Assembly: GCA_964501355.1 (NCBI GenBank)
Contig: CAZCSM010000004.1
Span: forward strand, 3,340-67,339
DNA from: an uncultured Candidatus Saccharibacteria bacterium
GTDB taxonomy: Bacteria > Patescibacteriota > Dojkabacteria > CAZCSM01
Length of the DNA stretch: 64,000 nt
Direction: 5' to 3'
Shown: positions 29,318 to 39,252 of the stretch, piece after piece
How positions within the stretch are numbered: position 1 is the stretch's first letter
Layout: each line of letters begins with the position of its first letter
The notes under the pieces: model-generated
What the model was told of the DNA's origin: nothing
Databases searched by the model: none
What the model saw: only the letters and a program-made list of their open reading frames with translations
Translations under genes and position numbers: made by a program

Positions 29318-31448
29318 TTTCTATTATTCTGAAACCATCAAGTATATACAACCTATTGTTTGCGACGTCAACTGCAACTTCTTTCAAATCGTTAAAGAAA
29401 CGTTCTTCTCCCTCTTGAACAGCAAACTGTTTCTCCATCTTGAAAAGAACAGAACCACCTTCCGGTTGTTTAAGTAAAACAACCCTTCTTCCAGCTCTAT
29501 CTAATATAATTGCATACGAGTAGGCAAACAAATCGAATTTTCCTGTGTCGGTTAACTCGCCAACTTCATCGCTAATTTCAATATTATCTTCAAATCGCAT
29601 GAAATTCCCACCATCTCCTAATGTATATATTACATGAGTAATTTCGATATCTTCAGCATTTGAAAACAGAGGATCCTCAGCTCGGACCTGTGGATATGAA
29701 AATCCTGAACCGACGGGAGAAGACTTTTTTACTTTGCTTTCACTTGAGACAAGAAAATATAAAGAACCGTCATTTTCATAAACCGCAATTTCGGTGACAT
29801 CACCAAGAGTTGTTGGATTTAGTCCCGTAACTGAACTCAAGGTATATGAACCGTCATCTCCTTTTTTCGCAGAAAACAAGCCCTCTTCCGCATCGTAAAT
29901 GTATAGAGTATCATCAATTGCCTCCAAATATGCGGGTTTGCTTAATCCATCTGCTCTACCAAAAACGGCTGTTGCAGTTCCATCTGAAGGAGACACACGA
30001 TAAACAACACTAGAATTTGAATCGGACACCCATAAGTTATTGTCAAAAAGTATCAAATCATCAAGTTCTGCGTTTTCATACTCAATCTTTAAATCCGCTA
30101 TAACATTTGGATCCGCAAGCCTGACCCTTTTCTCTATCTGATCAACAATAACTTTTGCTTCAATAGCTAATTGATTAGCGCTGTTATTCTCGACTTCAAA
30201 ACCGGAAAGCTTTTCTGCATCAGTGATTACTCCCAATAGCATATTTCGAGATTCACCAGCATTATACGAAGCCATCGATGTCGCCTCCGATAATGTATTC
30301 TCGATTCGGGAATACTCGGCGGTATAATGTTCCTGAAGTTCGCGTGTAGCATTTTCCGATTTAATCCACCGCACACTTAAAAACAGTCCTACTCCAAAAA
30401 GAATAATACAAACTATCAACAGAATTCTTCGGAACTTTAACCTTTGAGTACTTTCAGTTTTATATTTTGATCTACCGCCGAAACCTACAATCGTCTCGAA
30501 AACCCAAGACCCTACAGAACCAAGTATACGAACAAATTTTGATAATGCTTTTTTTAGAAAAGGAAGAACACTTGTCCGGAAAATTGTAGAAGCATTTGAT
30601 AAAGCAGACTTAAATCGAGATTCTTCCCCGATCATAGGAACCCCCGAATCCTCACCCACCTCTTCTAACTCATATTGAAAATCTTCGTCAACAACCATTT
30701 CCTTCAAATCATCTTCCGGCAAATCAACGTTCTCTTCTTCAGCGACATCGACTGTAGACATGTCCTCCTCCTCCGTAATAACCTCTCCACTCTCTTCTTT
30801 ATCATCATCCTCAGATTCCTCTTGCTCGGGGACACTGATACCTTCTTCAATATCATCAACAGCATTAGCAAACTCCTCGACAGAAACCTTATCGCCTATA
30901 ACCATAGAGAAGTTCTCTAGAATTTGATTAGCAGAAGTTTCAAAACCCGCAGGAAAGTATAAGACGGAATTAGGAGACAATAGAAATAAGTCAGCACCAC
31001 CTACTTTTCCACTAATGACCTTTATAGATGCATCTTCCACCAGCGAAGAAAAGTTCAATATCTTCTCCCCTCTCCCCATATAACAGCCGGATTTCCCTAA
31101 CAAACCGATGTAGACATTTTCCCCCAGGAAAAGCAAAATACACACTCTAACGGAGAGACTATCATCATACTCTGCACCTTCTGAAGTGAAAACTGTCTTG
31201 CTGGAATCTTTGAGTTGATGCAATATTGAATCTAAGAGCTTAATTCTATCATCCTCAACTGAATTCATGACAAGATCCAAGGCAGATTGAGAGAGATATT
31301 TCCCTATCTTTTCCAGATCTAATTTATCATTATCTAGGTGGATGACACCGAAGACCCCTCCTCCACTCCATGTTTTGGAAAATGGGATGGAACGCTGATT
31401 TGCAAGACCATCTTTGAGTTCAAAGACTTGGCTTTTCAGATTTAACAT
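29301..31448 (-). CDS. hypothetical bitopic membrane protein (central TM; C-terminal beta-rich, propeller-like domain)
   Basis: 715 aa with a TM near aa 330-350. The C-terminal half has a repetitive beta-strand pattern (YIYDAEEG..., LYFLVSSE..., LYILDGF...). Confidence 0.4.
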   Translation of the reverse strand: MLNLKSQVFELKDGLANQRSIPFSKTWSGGGVFGVIHLDNDKLDLEKIGKYLSQSALDLVMNSVEDDRIKLLDSILHQLKDSSKTVFTSEGAEYDDSLSVRVCILLFLGENVYIGLLGKSGCYMGRGEKILNFSSLVEDASIKVISGKVGGADLFLLSPNSVLYFPAGFETSANQILENFSMVIGDKVSVEEFANAVDDIEEGISVPEQEESEDDDKEESGEVITEEEDMSTVDVAEEENVDLPEDDLKEMVVDEDFQYELEEVGEDSGVPMIGEESRFKSALSNASTIFRTSVLPFLKKALSKFVRILGSVGSWVFETIVGFGGRSKYKTESTQRLKFRRILLIVCIILFGVGLFLSVRWIKSENATRELQEHYTAEYSRIENTLSEATSMASYNAGESRNMLLGVITDAEKLSGFEVENNSANQLAIEAKVIVDQIEKRVRLADPNVIADLKIEYENAELDDLILFDNNLWVSDSNSSVVYRVSPSDGTATAVFGRADGLSKPAYLEAIDDTLYIYDAEEGLFSAKKGDDGSYTLSSVTGLNPTTLGDVTEIAVYENDGSLYFLVSSESKVKKSSPVGSGFSYPQVRAEDPLFSNAEDIEITHVIYTLGDGGNFMRFEDNIEISDEVGELTDTGKFDLFAYSYAIILDRAGRRVVLLKQPEGGSVLFKMEKQFAVQEGEERFFNDLKEVAVDVANNRLYILDGFRIIEIDIDE

Positions 31449-31457
31449 TGGCAGTTA

Positions 31458-31673
31458 TTAAATTAGAAAGAATACAATTACCGATCCAGCTGCAACAACT
31501 GCAAAATGCAGTATTGCTAATAATTTTAGCAGAACACTTAGGTTCGTACCAAGAATTTTACACAAAATTACGACTTGCCGATAGACTAAAAATGCTAAAA
31601 CGGTGTAACCAAACCCTACGACAGCGACTATTGCTTTTGCTATTATTGTCCCAATAAACGTAGTTTCCAACAT
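31458..31673 (-). CDS. hypothetical small two-TM membrane protein
   Basis: 71-aa ORF. An opposite-strand ORF (31448..31657) is the alternative reading. Low confidence either way. Confidence 0.25.
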   Translation of the reverse strand: MLETTFIGTIIAKAIVAVVGFGYTVLAFLVYRQVVILCKILGTNLSVLLKLLAILHFAVVAAGSVIVFFLI

Positions 31674-31739
31674 CCCCTCTAAGGATTAAAATAAGTTTTT
31701 ATCAAACAAACAACTGCAAGAAAGAAATAATTTCATGAT

Positions 31740-32348
31740 TTATTTCTCTTTCTTCAACAATGCAGCCAAATCCATTATCTTATCTTGAACATATCCTGGC
31801 TTTGGAACATTATCAAATCGGAATTCTGCAGTCTCAGCAGCCGTTTGAATTTTCACGGTACCGAAATCAAAAAGATTTTGCCAAAGTCCAAAGTGACCAG
31901 ACGAAACATCCTCAATATTCGAAAGAGAAGCTTCACTGATTTTGTGGTTTAACAAGCCGTAGAAATCCAAGTCCAAAATTCTATCACTCGTAATAATATA
32001 TACATTAAAGTACCATTTTAAAAACTGCATTAATGTATACGTCGAAAGAACAATGTACCAGCCCACCCAAGCACATACTAAGTATGAGAAAGGGAATAGA
32101 TCAGAATCAGTTGGCAAAGTACTAAGAACAGCGACAATAACAAAGGGAATTACGAGTCCAATTAATAAGTTGAAAACCCAGGGTAAATTGACTGCCCAGT
32201 GTTGACGAAGAAGAATGTACACGTCCTCATCGTCATTCTGACTTTCAAATCGCACACTTTTCGGAAGTAGCATCATCGAAGCAAAGGCACCAACACTGTC
32301 TTTCTCTAACAGACAGCGCATTTTTTCCTTTGTATTTTTTCTTGCCAT
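31740..32348 (-). CDS. membrane protein with bacterial PH (bPH_2/YdbS-like) domain
   Basis: Two TM helices followed by a ...YIITSDRILDLDFYGLLNHKISEASLSNIEDV block, typical of DUF304/bPH_2. Confidence 0.45.
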   Translation of the reverse strand: MARKNTKEKMRCLLEKDSVGAFASMMLLPKSVRFESQNDDEDVYILLRQHWAVNLPWVFNLLIGLVIPFVIVAVLSTLPTDSDLFPFSYLVCAWVGWYIVLSTYTLMQFLKWYFNVYIITSDRILDLDFYGLLNHKISEASLSNIEDVSSGHFGLWQNLFDFGTVKIQTAAETAEFRFDNVPKPGYVQDKIMDLAALLKKEK

Positions 32349-32408
32349 TATCTTTTGCTATAAAATACCATCTGAAAATATTATACCACAACTATTACAT
32401 TATAATGC

Positions 32409-34286
32409 CTAACTCGCAATAAAATCAAAGCGAGAAGTTTTAATATGCAAGGTCCCAGGAGATCTTAAGTAATAAACATTCTTGAAGCCCTGTGCTGCAA
32501 ACTCTCTAACAGGATAATTTGCACTTTTAACAATAATCGTCGTTGTATCACCAGAATTGTTTTCATATGTTAGAACTTCGGATATTGTTCCAATCGGTGT
32601 AACACCCAATTCTATCAGTTTATCAATTACCTGTTGATGCGACCACGTGTCGTCATATCCATAATACAAAGGTGACAAGTGAACATTATATTCCTCACCG
32701 GAAACTTCCATAAGTAACATGATGTTGAATAGGTCCTGGGTTTCTTCATTTGTTAACCAAGGATTACAATCACTTGGATAACTAGCAAATTGCGTACAGT
32801 GCTTTGTATTCCAATCATCATTCTTCGCTCCCCAGAATCTGTGGTAAAAAGGAGATTTTGCGTAAGCGCTCCCTTCATAAGGACCGTTTGGACCATAATC
32901 TTTTATAGACTTCATCCAAGGCAGGTTCTGTGCATAATACCCGGATTCAATTCCAAGTTTGGTATACCCACCGGCTGAGGCTGAATAGTATGCGGAGATT
33001 GGACTTCCGCCGGAAGACAGAACCATTCCAGAAGTATCGAGAACCGCTTGATGCCAAATCGATGCCGAGGAATTTTCAACCTTATCCATGTTATAAACCT
33101 GATTGCTTTGGTTCGGCTGAATAGATTTTGTTCCATTATTTGTAAAGGCAATTGCGTATGAACGAGCAAGAATCGCCTGTGCCTTTTGAACCTCTGCTGG
33201 CCAGCTGGAAGGAACTTCCGCTATACCTTTCATATATTTCCCCTCAAATGACATCACTTCATCAACATATCTCCCCTGCTCGTCAGTTCCTTGTACATGG
33301 ATAGTATCCATAGAAGCATATCCGCCAACTAAATCTGCATTGAAATATGCACCTAAAATCTGTTCATAGTTTTGACCGTCTAGAGCCCTACCATAAGCGC
33401 CATACTGACTCATACCAACTCGATGGGGAACTCCGTAGCTAGCTACTGCGAAAGCTCCTGAATACGGAGAAGCGGGCATGTTATATACATTACTTGACTC
33501 AAGAAGTCGTTGGGCGGCAGCTTCAGCTGCCAACTTCGCTTGAATTAACGCTTTCTGTTTTTCCGTTAACGCACCAATATTACTTTCAATAGTACTCATT
33601 TGCTGTCCTAAAGATTGCTGCTTATTCTGCTCTGAGGAAATGCGACTATTTGCACCTGCAATCTGCGCATTTAATTTCTCAATTTCAGAATCAAGATCGG
33701 TATTAACGGCTACCAGTTCATCTTTTAGAAAAACAATCTGCTCTAGATTGGTTTGGAGATTTTCAAGCTGTGAATTTAAGGAAACCAACGTTTCATGATC
33801 GACCTCAATAGCAGATTCCTTATACTCCCAAATCCGCATTAAGCGATTAAAATCACTAACGTTCATCAGGAACTCAAACACTGGAAATTTGTATTGGTAA
33901 TACAAGCTCTGAACTCTTGTATTCTTTTGATCAAGCCTGCTATTTACTAAATCAGAGGTTGAAGAGATCTCACCGTTGAGACTTTCTATACTCTTTTCAT
34001 TTTCTTCTATCTTTGCCCTAATTGCGTTTACCTCAGTTTTCACGCCATTTAATTGCCAGTACAGCGTACCTTTGTTATTTTCTAAATCCTTGAGGTATTG
34101 CTTGCTTGATTCTAAATCATTTTTAATTTTCTCTAATTCCTGATTTTGTGCATTAATCTCTTTTTGGACATCTTCAATCTCATCAGCAAAAACACTTTTG
34201 TCATTCAGTAATAGAGAAGCACCAACGACAAAAGTAAGTACAACTGCAATAATGGATAAAGTTTGTTTTCGTAATTTAACAGCCAT
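32409..34286 (-). CDS. secreted SpoIID/LytB-domain protein with N-terminal coiled coil
   Basis: Signal/TM segment, then a long coiled coil, then SpoIID-like VPHRVGMSQYGAYGRA (the G.GMSQ.GA motif). Confidence 0.6.
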   Translation of the reverse strand: MAVKLRKQTLSIIAVVLTFVVGASLLLNDKSVFADEIEDVQKEINAQNQELEKIKNDLESSKQYLKDLENNKGTLYWQLNGVKTEVNAIRAKIEENEKSIESLNGEISSTSDLVNSRLDQKNTRVQSLYYQYKFPVFEFLMNVSDFNRLMRIWEYKESAIEVDHETLVSLNSQLENLQTNLEQIVFLKDELVAVNTDLDSEIEKLNAQIAGANSRISSEQNKQQSLGQQMSTIESNIGALTEKQKALIQAKLAAEAAAQRLLESSNVYNMPASPYSGAFAVASYGVPHRVGMSQYGAYGRALDGQNYEQILGAYFNADLVGGYASMDTIHVQGTDEQGRYVDEVMSFEGKYMKGIAEVPSSWPAEVQKAQAILARSYAIAFTNNGTKSIQPNQSNQVYNMDKVENSSASIWHQAVLDTSGMVLSSGGSPISAYYSASAGGYTKLGIESGYYAQNLPWMKSIKDYGPNGPYEGSAYAKSPFYHRFWGAKNDDWNTKHCTQFASYPSDCNPWLTNEETQDLFNIMLLMEVSGEEYNVHLSPLYYGYDDTWSHQQVIDKLIELGVTPIGTISEVLTYENNSGDTTTIIVKSANYPVREFAAQGFKNVYYLRSPGTLHIKTSRFDFIAS

Positions 34287-36410
34287 TTACAAATTTATTA
34301 AATTACCCCAAGGATTGTAGTCTTTATGGCAAGTTAGCATGACCACTTGATATTTACTAGAAACTTTCTGCAGAACATCCTTCACGCCCTGCAATCTGGC
34401 TTCATCAAAAGTGACAAAAGCATCATCAACTATTAATGGAGGAGAAGCATCCTTGCAAATAACGGAAAGAATCGCTAAACGAATAACGAAATAGATCTGA
34501 TCAATCGTTCCTTGTGACAAGTATACATCAGGAACTAGCCAATCGTTCTTCTCCTTTGAGAATACCATAAACTGGAAGTCCGGAGTAATCTTTACCTCAG
34601 AATATTTACCATCAGTAAGTTGAGGTAAATAATCCTTTGCATACTCGGAAATTATTGAGCCACTTTGCTTTAAAACCTCTACTCTCGCCTTCTCTATATT
34701 CTCTTGAACCAATTTAAGAATTTTTGATTTCTTCTTGTAATAGTCAAGCTGTTTCCGAACATCATAGATTTCCTCTTCAACCAGATTTAAATCATCTGAG
34801 GTAAATCGAGAAGATTCTTTTTCAACCTTAGCTTTCATTAACGATTCTTTAAGTTGAGATTGCTGTAACTTCAATTCTTCTAACCTACGACTTTGTGAGA
34901 ATTTCTGCATAGGATCTATTCTGCTTGCAACAACTTCATCCGTTAATTTATTTTGCTCAATATCCTTCTTCTCGCTTAAGTATCCAACCTGTTCCTCCTT
35001 CAAGCTACTTATATCTGATGTACCGGAAAGAGCTTTCAGACCAGCCTCATATCCTGCAACTTCAGAGTCAAGAAGATTAATACGCGAGTTTAGAGACATT
35101 AACTCACTCTCCGTTGAAATATTTAGCTTTTCAAAAAGCATCTCCTTCTCCCTTTCAAGATGGGATATACTGTCAGATAACGCTTCAATCTTATCTTCCA
35201 AACCGACCTGTGAAGAGAAAAGATCTTCTCCGAAGAATTTGCCGAAGTATGAATAAATTCCAATACCAATGACTACGCCGATAAACAGAGGAATTAAATT
35301 AAACTGGGTAATAACAAAAGCGATTAGTGTTACAACCGTAAGAATTAAGATGGCGTTCTTCGCAAGACGCTTATTTCGACTTTGTAAGTTCAAAATGCTT
35401 TCCTTTTTCTCTTGCAGCTGAATTTCTATCATCTTCTTTTCGTCAATCTTATCCTTTGTTAGGGTCTTCAATTCAAGAAGACGATTTTCAACATCTTTTA
35501 TGTTTACATCAACCTTTATATCAGCACGTTCCTTTTTAATAAGTTCAAGCTTCGCATCCAATCTCTCAATTTCTCGAATCCTTTTTTCTGATTCAGAAAT
35601 TAAACCATCTAGCTCCTTTAATCGTTTATATGACTTTTCTCTTATTTCATCGTTTTTGAATAATGATTCTAATTTTAGAATCTCTTCTTCTACCTTTTTT
35701 AAATCTTCCTCGGATCCGCCCTTCTCCTTTGTAGAAGTCGAAACTTTTGATACAGCTTCCCGTATTTCGGAAGCCTTGGCTTGTAGTTCCTGGAACCTAT
35801 CAGACAGACCTTTTATCGTTCCTGGGTATTTCACTGGACGATCTATTCCTCTATCCAAATCACCAATCTCTTTCGTCAGTTCTGCTAGCACAGAACCCGT
35901 TTCAACACGCGCGCTCCCTAACAAACTAGAATCTATTGCTTCACGAAGACTTTTAATTGGCTGCTTTTCTTTTGAATTCCCAACTCGTGCAATATCATTT
36001 TGAGCAATTAGAGATGTGAGTATGAAGACCTGCTCACTGCCAATTCCTGTATGTTCTTTTATTAAAGCAGATATTCCTGCAAAATCATTTGCTAAAATCT
36101 TTCCGGAATTTAATTCTTTCAATACCTGAGAACTGTTTTGGAAGTCCTTTTCTAATACAAAATCCTCGCCTTCATTTGAATATTCTAGACGAATAAACGG
36201 AGAAGTATTACCTCCCCAGGGAGAAATCTTATCCAACAGCTTTGAACTCTTTGTATTTGCATCAAAGTAAAGAACAGTTAGTAGCGCTATTAAAACGGTT
36301 GATTTCCCCTGCTCGTTCTTGCCATAAATAACATTCAACCCCTCTTGGAAATCTACAGTTTTCTCGCTAAATCTTCTGAAGTTCTTTAGAATTAATCGTT
36401 TTATCCTCAT
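34287..36410 (-). CDS. SbcC/YhaN-like AAA ATPase with internal TM segments
   Basis: N-terminal Walker A GKNEQGKST (RecF/SbcC type), long coiled coils, a central hydrophobic pair (ILILTVVTLIAFV...LFIGVVIGIGIYSYFG), and C-terminal ABC signature/D-loop regions. Overlaps the upstream SbcD-like gene by 4 nt. Confidence 0.65.
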   Translation of the reverse strand: MRIKRLILKNFRRFSEKTVDFQEGLNVIYGKNEQGKSTVLIALLTVLYFDANTKSSKLLDKISPWGGNTSPFIRLEYSNEGEDFVLEKDFQNSSQVLKELNSGKILANDFAGISALIKEHTGIGSEQVFILTSLIAQNDIARVGNSKEKQPIKSLREAIDSSLLGSARVETGSVLAELTKEIGDLDRGIDRPVKYPGTIKGLSDRFQELQAKASEIREAVSKVSTSTKEKGGSEEDLKKVEEEILKLESLFKNDEIREKSYKRLKELDGLISESEKRIREIERLDAKLELIKKERADIKVDVNIKDVENRLLELKTLTKDKIDEKKMIEIQLQEKKESILNLQSRNKRLAKNAILILTVVTLIAFVITQFNLIPLFIGVVIGIGIYSYFGKFFGEDLFSSQVGLEDKIEALSDSISHLEREKEMLFEKLNISTESELMSLNSRINLLDSEVAGYEAGLKALSGTSDISSLKEEQVGYLSEKKDIEQNKLTDEVVASRIDPMQKFSQSRRLEELKLQQSQLKESLMKAKVEKESSRFTSDDLNLVEEEIYDVRKQLDYYKKKSKILKLVQENIEKARVEVLKQSGSIISEYAKDYLPQLTDGKYSEVKITPDFQFMVFSKEKNDWLVPDVYLSQGTIDQIYFVIRLAILSVICKDASPPLIVDDAFVTFDEARLQGVKDVLQKVSSKYQVVMLTCHKDYNPWGNLINL

Positions 36411-37519
36411 AAGATGTTCTTCCCCTCAAGTAGAGAAACTCCGAATTTCAAAACTTCCGATTTATCCTTCTCGTCTATTTCAGAATCCTTTACGACCTTT
36501 ATGAATCTTCCGATTAAGTAATCATCAGGATATTTATTTTCATCATATGAATCAGCAGAAAGCGAGGTCTTATCTACCAAATTAACATAGAAGAATTCAC
36601 CCTCAATTGATTCCAAAAACTTTATAGAATCGAATCCCACAATGTTTTGCCAGAAACCGGTCAACTCGAGATTCAACACAGCATTTTTATCAGAAACTGC
36701 CAAAACATTATTTGTTAAATCATTTACGGAAGGAATGCTTCCAACATCAATCATCAAATCCTTAATGTATCGCTTTCCTATTTTAATAGTTTCAACTTTT
36801 ACATCATCGCCATCTACTTCAACAGAAAGAACATTGCCGGAACCATTTTGATCCAAAGCAACAAGCTCAGGGGAACCGCAATAATATGCCTTAACTCCAC
36901 CGGAAGAGACATCTAAAGTGTTATGCCAATGTGCAAGAGCAATATAATTCATTCCTGACTCAGAAACTTCATCGGAAGTAATCGGATAATCATCAGGACT
37001 AGATTTACCTTCTATCTGCAGGGAACCATGTGCAAGGGCAATGTGATACCGGTGTGTTTCAACTTTCTCAAAATCAGTAATTGGAGACTGTGTTGATTTA
37101 TTTGTTAGATTAGGCTTTGCATAAAAGACAGTATCGAGTTCAGAAATCGAGAATGAGCCTTCTGAAGGATTCGTAAAGACATGGACCCTATCACCGCAAT
37201 CACTGAAATTATCAACACTGAAAACAGATCCGGATTCTAGCCTATCATGAGTTCCGGGAACAATTATCGTGTATATCCCGGAATCGTTTAGTTTTTTCAA
37301 TAATCGTTTTACGAAAGAAATTGAATATTCAGAAGGATTGGTTGTGTCAAATAAATCACCAGCAATCAATACTGCATCGACTTTCTTTTCAATAGCAAGA
37401 TCTACAACACTGGATAAAGTGTCTTTAATTTGATTGCGCTGGGATTTTCCCTTCTCCCCTAGCTTTACGAATTTGGCACCAATGTGGACATCTCCAGTAT
37501 GAATAAATCGAAGAGACAT
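36407..37519 (-). CDS. SbcD/YhaO-like metallophosphoesterase nuclease
   Basis: Calcineurin-like motifs IHTGDVHIG, GDLFD and GTHD. Confidence 0.7.
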   Translation of the reverse strand: MSLRFIHTGDVHIGAKFVKLGEKGKSQRNQIKDTLSSVVDLAIEKKVDAVLIAGDLFDTTNPSEYSISFVKRLLKKLNDSGIYTIIVPGTHDRLESGSVFSVDNFSDCGDRVHVFTNPSEGSFSISELDTVFYAKPNLTNKSTQSPITDFEKVETHRYHIALAHGSLQIEGKSSPDDYPITSDEVSESGMNYIALAHWHNTLDVSSGGVKAYYCGSPELVALDQNGSGNVLSVEVDGDDVKVETIKIGKRYIKDLMIDVGSIPSVNDLTNNVLAVSDKNAVLNLELTGFWQNIVGFDSIKFLESIEGEFFYVNLVDKTSLSADSYDENKYPDDYLIGRFIKVVKDSEIDEKDKSEVLKFGVSLLEGKNIL

Positions 37520-37687
37520 AAATTCAATTTACAAAGATTTTAGTTATTAATTATCCTAGCACAGATGACCAGGAAGTTACAGTAGCAATTAGTTAATAGC
37601 CAGTAATGAATAACTTCAACATTTCTAAACATATACTCACATCTAAAAGCTACTTACTAGTAACTAATCACCGCGCATCTTTTTCTC

Positions 37688-37717
37688 TTGACAAATTTTT
37701 ACTAAATTTGATATATT
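37688..37717 (+). promoter_or_regulatory. sigma70-like promoter upstream of hsp20
   Basis: TTGACA, then a 17-18 nt spacer, then ATATAT/TATATT. Lies about 100 nt upstream of the Hsp20 start. Confidence 0.4.
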
Positions 37718-37718
37718 T

Positions 37719-37745
37719 CTAGCAGAGACGGTCCCCGAGTGCTAA
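37719..37745 (+). promoter_or_regulatory. CIRCE-like (HrcA-type) inverted repeat
   Basis: cTAGCAgag-N9-GAGTGCTAA. The right arm is a perfect CIRCE half-site and the left arm is degenerate. Confidence 0.4.
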
Positions 37746-37811
37746 ATTGGTTTTTAAGGAAAAGTTAATACTTACGGACTAAACTCTAATTTATTTTAGT
37801 TTTATTTCAAT

Positions 37812-38234
37812 ATGAACAGAATTCACTTCTGGCAACCGATGTCACCTTTCTGGTCAGATGATTGGGATGAAAAGTTTGGAAGTAATTGGGACCTATCATT
37901 TGAAGACAATGAACTAGATATGTACGAAACAGATAATCTGGTCGTAGTCGAAGTTAAATGCGCCGGATTTAAACCGGAAGATTTAGAGGTTACGCTCGAG
38001 GATAAAGTTCTTTCAATTAAAGGTGAAGTCAAAGAAGAAGTTGAGGAAAAGGAAGAAAAGAAACAATATTATAGAAAGGAGATTAAAAGAAAATCATTTG
38101 CCAGATCCGTCACCTTACCAGTAACAGTAAGACCAGAAGACATCCAAACGGAATTTACAAACGGAATGCTCAAACTAACGATGCAAAAAGTTGAAGAGGA
38201 AAAGCCGAAACAGATTAGAATAAATGTAAAATAA
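37812..38234 (+). CDS. Hsp20/alpha-crystallin family small heat-shock protein
   Basis: Alpha-crystallin domain (VVVEVKCAGFKPEDLEVTLEDKVLSIKGE...). 140 aa. Confidence 0.8.
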   Translation: MNRIHFWQPMSPFWSDDWDEKFGSNWDLSFEDNELDMYETDNLVVVEVKCAGFKPEDLEVTLEDKVLSIKGEVKEEVEEKEEKKQYYRKEIKRKSFARSVTLPVTVRPEDIQTEFTNGMLKLTMQKVEEEKPKQIRINVK

Positions 38235-38314
38235 CTTTCTCGTTTTATGAAATTTATGAAAAAGGACGCCCTAAAATGGGAGTCCTTTTAATTATCAACT
38301 CAAAAAATCGCAAG

Positions 38315-39088
38315 TTAATTTGGAACTCGACAGGCCCGATTCCCCGTTGGTAATACATAACATTCAGTCTCACCTGCATCATACCCCATTGACGGGCAAA
38401 CCCAATTGTAGCAAGGATCTGCAATGCACTCATGTGTAGCTTCTTTACAATACTCTCCCTCAACACAGGCGGGATCACATGCCTCCGGGGTCGGAGATGG
38501 TGTAAATGCAGGCTCACAGTAATTGAGAACACCATCTTGAACACAAGTTTCGTTTGGTGTACAACAAACATTCCCACAGGTAACAAGGTTGTCATCTTCA
38601 CAGGTTCTTTCCCCAGGAGTGAAAGAATTATCGTCCCCATCAGAATCAGAGTACGAAGAACCTGTATATTTATAGTCTTCTATACAAAAGTCTACCCTCA
38701 TGACTCCTTCATCACTAATCCACTTGAAAGTTCCCGATCCTAATATAATCATCTGTAACGTTCCAATTATGGCAATTGCGGACAAACCAACAATCAAACC
38801 AATCACACCATAAGTTAAAGTCTGTTGAGACTGCTGAACTTTTTGAGGCTCAGCACCCGCAGTTGCCCATAGAAAAGCTCCATACATCAATATTGCCAGC
38901 CCTCCTAGAGGAAATACAGCAACAACCATATTGAATACGGACATTATTACCGAAGTTAATTCACAAATCTTCGGAGCGGTTATAGTCGAAGGCGCAGCGA
39001 ATGCTGGCATAACAAATGGAAGAACCAGCAGATAAAAGGAAAGAAAGAAAGGAAATAGAAATTTTATTCGCTTCCAATTAATTTTCAT
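38315..39088 (-). CDS. VirB2/TrbC-like pilin-fold protein with C-terminal Cys-rich extension
   Basis: Signal peptide, then two hydrophobic helices around an AGAEPQK loop (…LMYGAFLWATAGAEPQKVQQSQQTLTYGVIGLIVG…). The ~110-aa C-terminal module has 16 Cys. Confidence 0.4.
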   Translation of the reverse strand: MKINWKRIKFLFPFFLSFYLLVLPFVMPAFAAPSTITAPKICELTSVIMSVFNMVVAVFPLGGLAILMYGAFLWATAGAEPQKVQQSQQTLTYGVIGLIVGLSAIAIIGTLQMIILGSGTFKWISDEGVMRVDFCIEDYKYTGSSYSDSDGDDNSFTPGERTCEDDNLVTCGNVCCTPNETCVQDGVLNYCEPAFTPSPTPEACDPACVEGEYCKEATHECIADPCYNWVCPSMGYDAGETECYVLPTGNRACRVPN

Positions 39089-39252
39089 GTGATGTTTGTT
39101 TCAAATATGCATCAATATGATACCAAAGATTTCAAGAATTACAAAGAAAGATATCGAACATCTCTTTTCATGAAACATCCTACAAAACAAATTCCCGTAG
39201 AATCAAAAACAAAAATGGCGCCGAAGCGCCATTTATTTTCGAAATGAAACAA

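Noticed and set aside
35500-36003. Plus-strand ORFs embedded in minus-strand genes (e.g. 506..730, 4598..4861, 6569..6961, 35500..36003, 42119..42382, 60526..61185, 62614..62955)
   Set aside because: These are shadow ORFs on the strand opposite well-supported conserved genes. They have low-complexity, Ser/Leu-rich translations typical of antisense frames.
38254-38640. 128-aa ORF overlapping the 3' part of the 257-aa pilin-like gene in another frame
   Set aside because: It lies entirely within the better-supported 38315..39088 gene (signal peptide plus pilin core plus Cys module) and has no features of its own.
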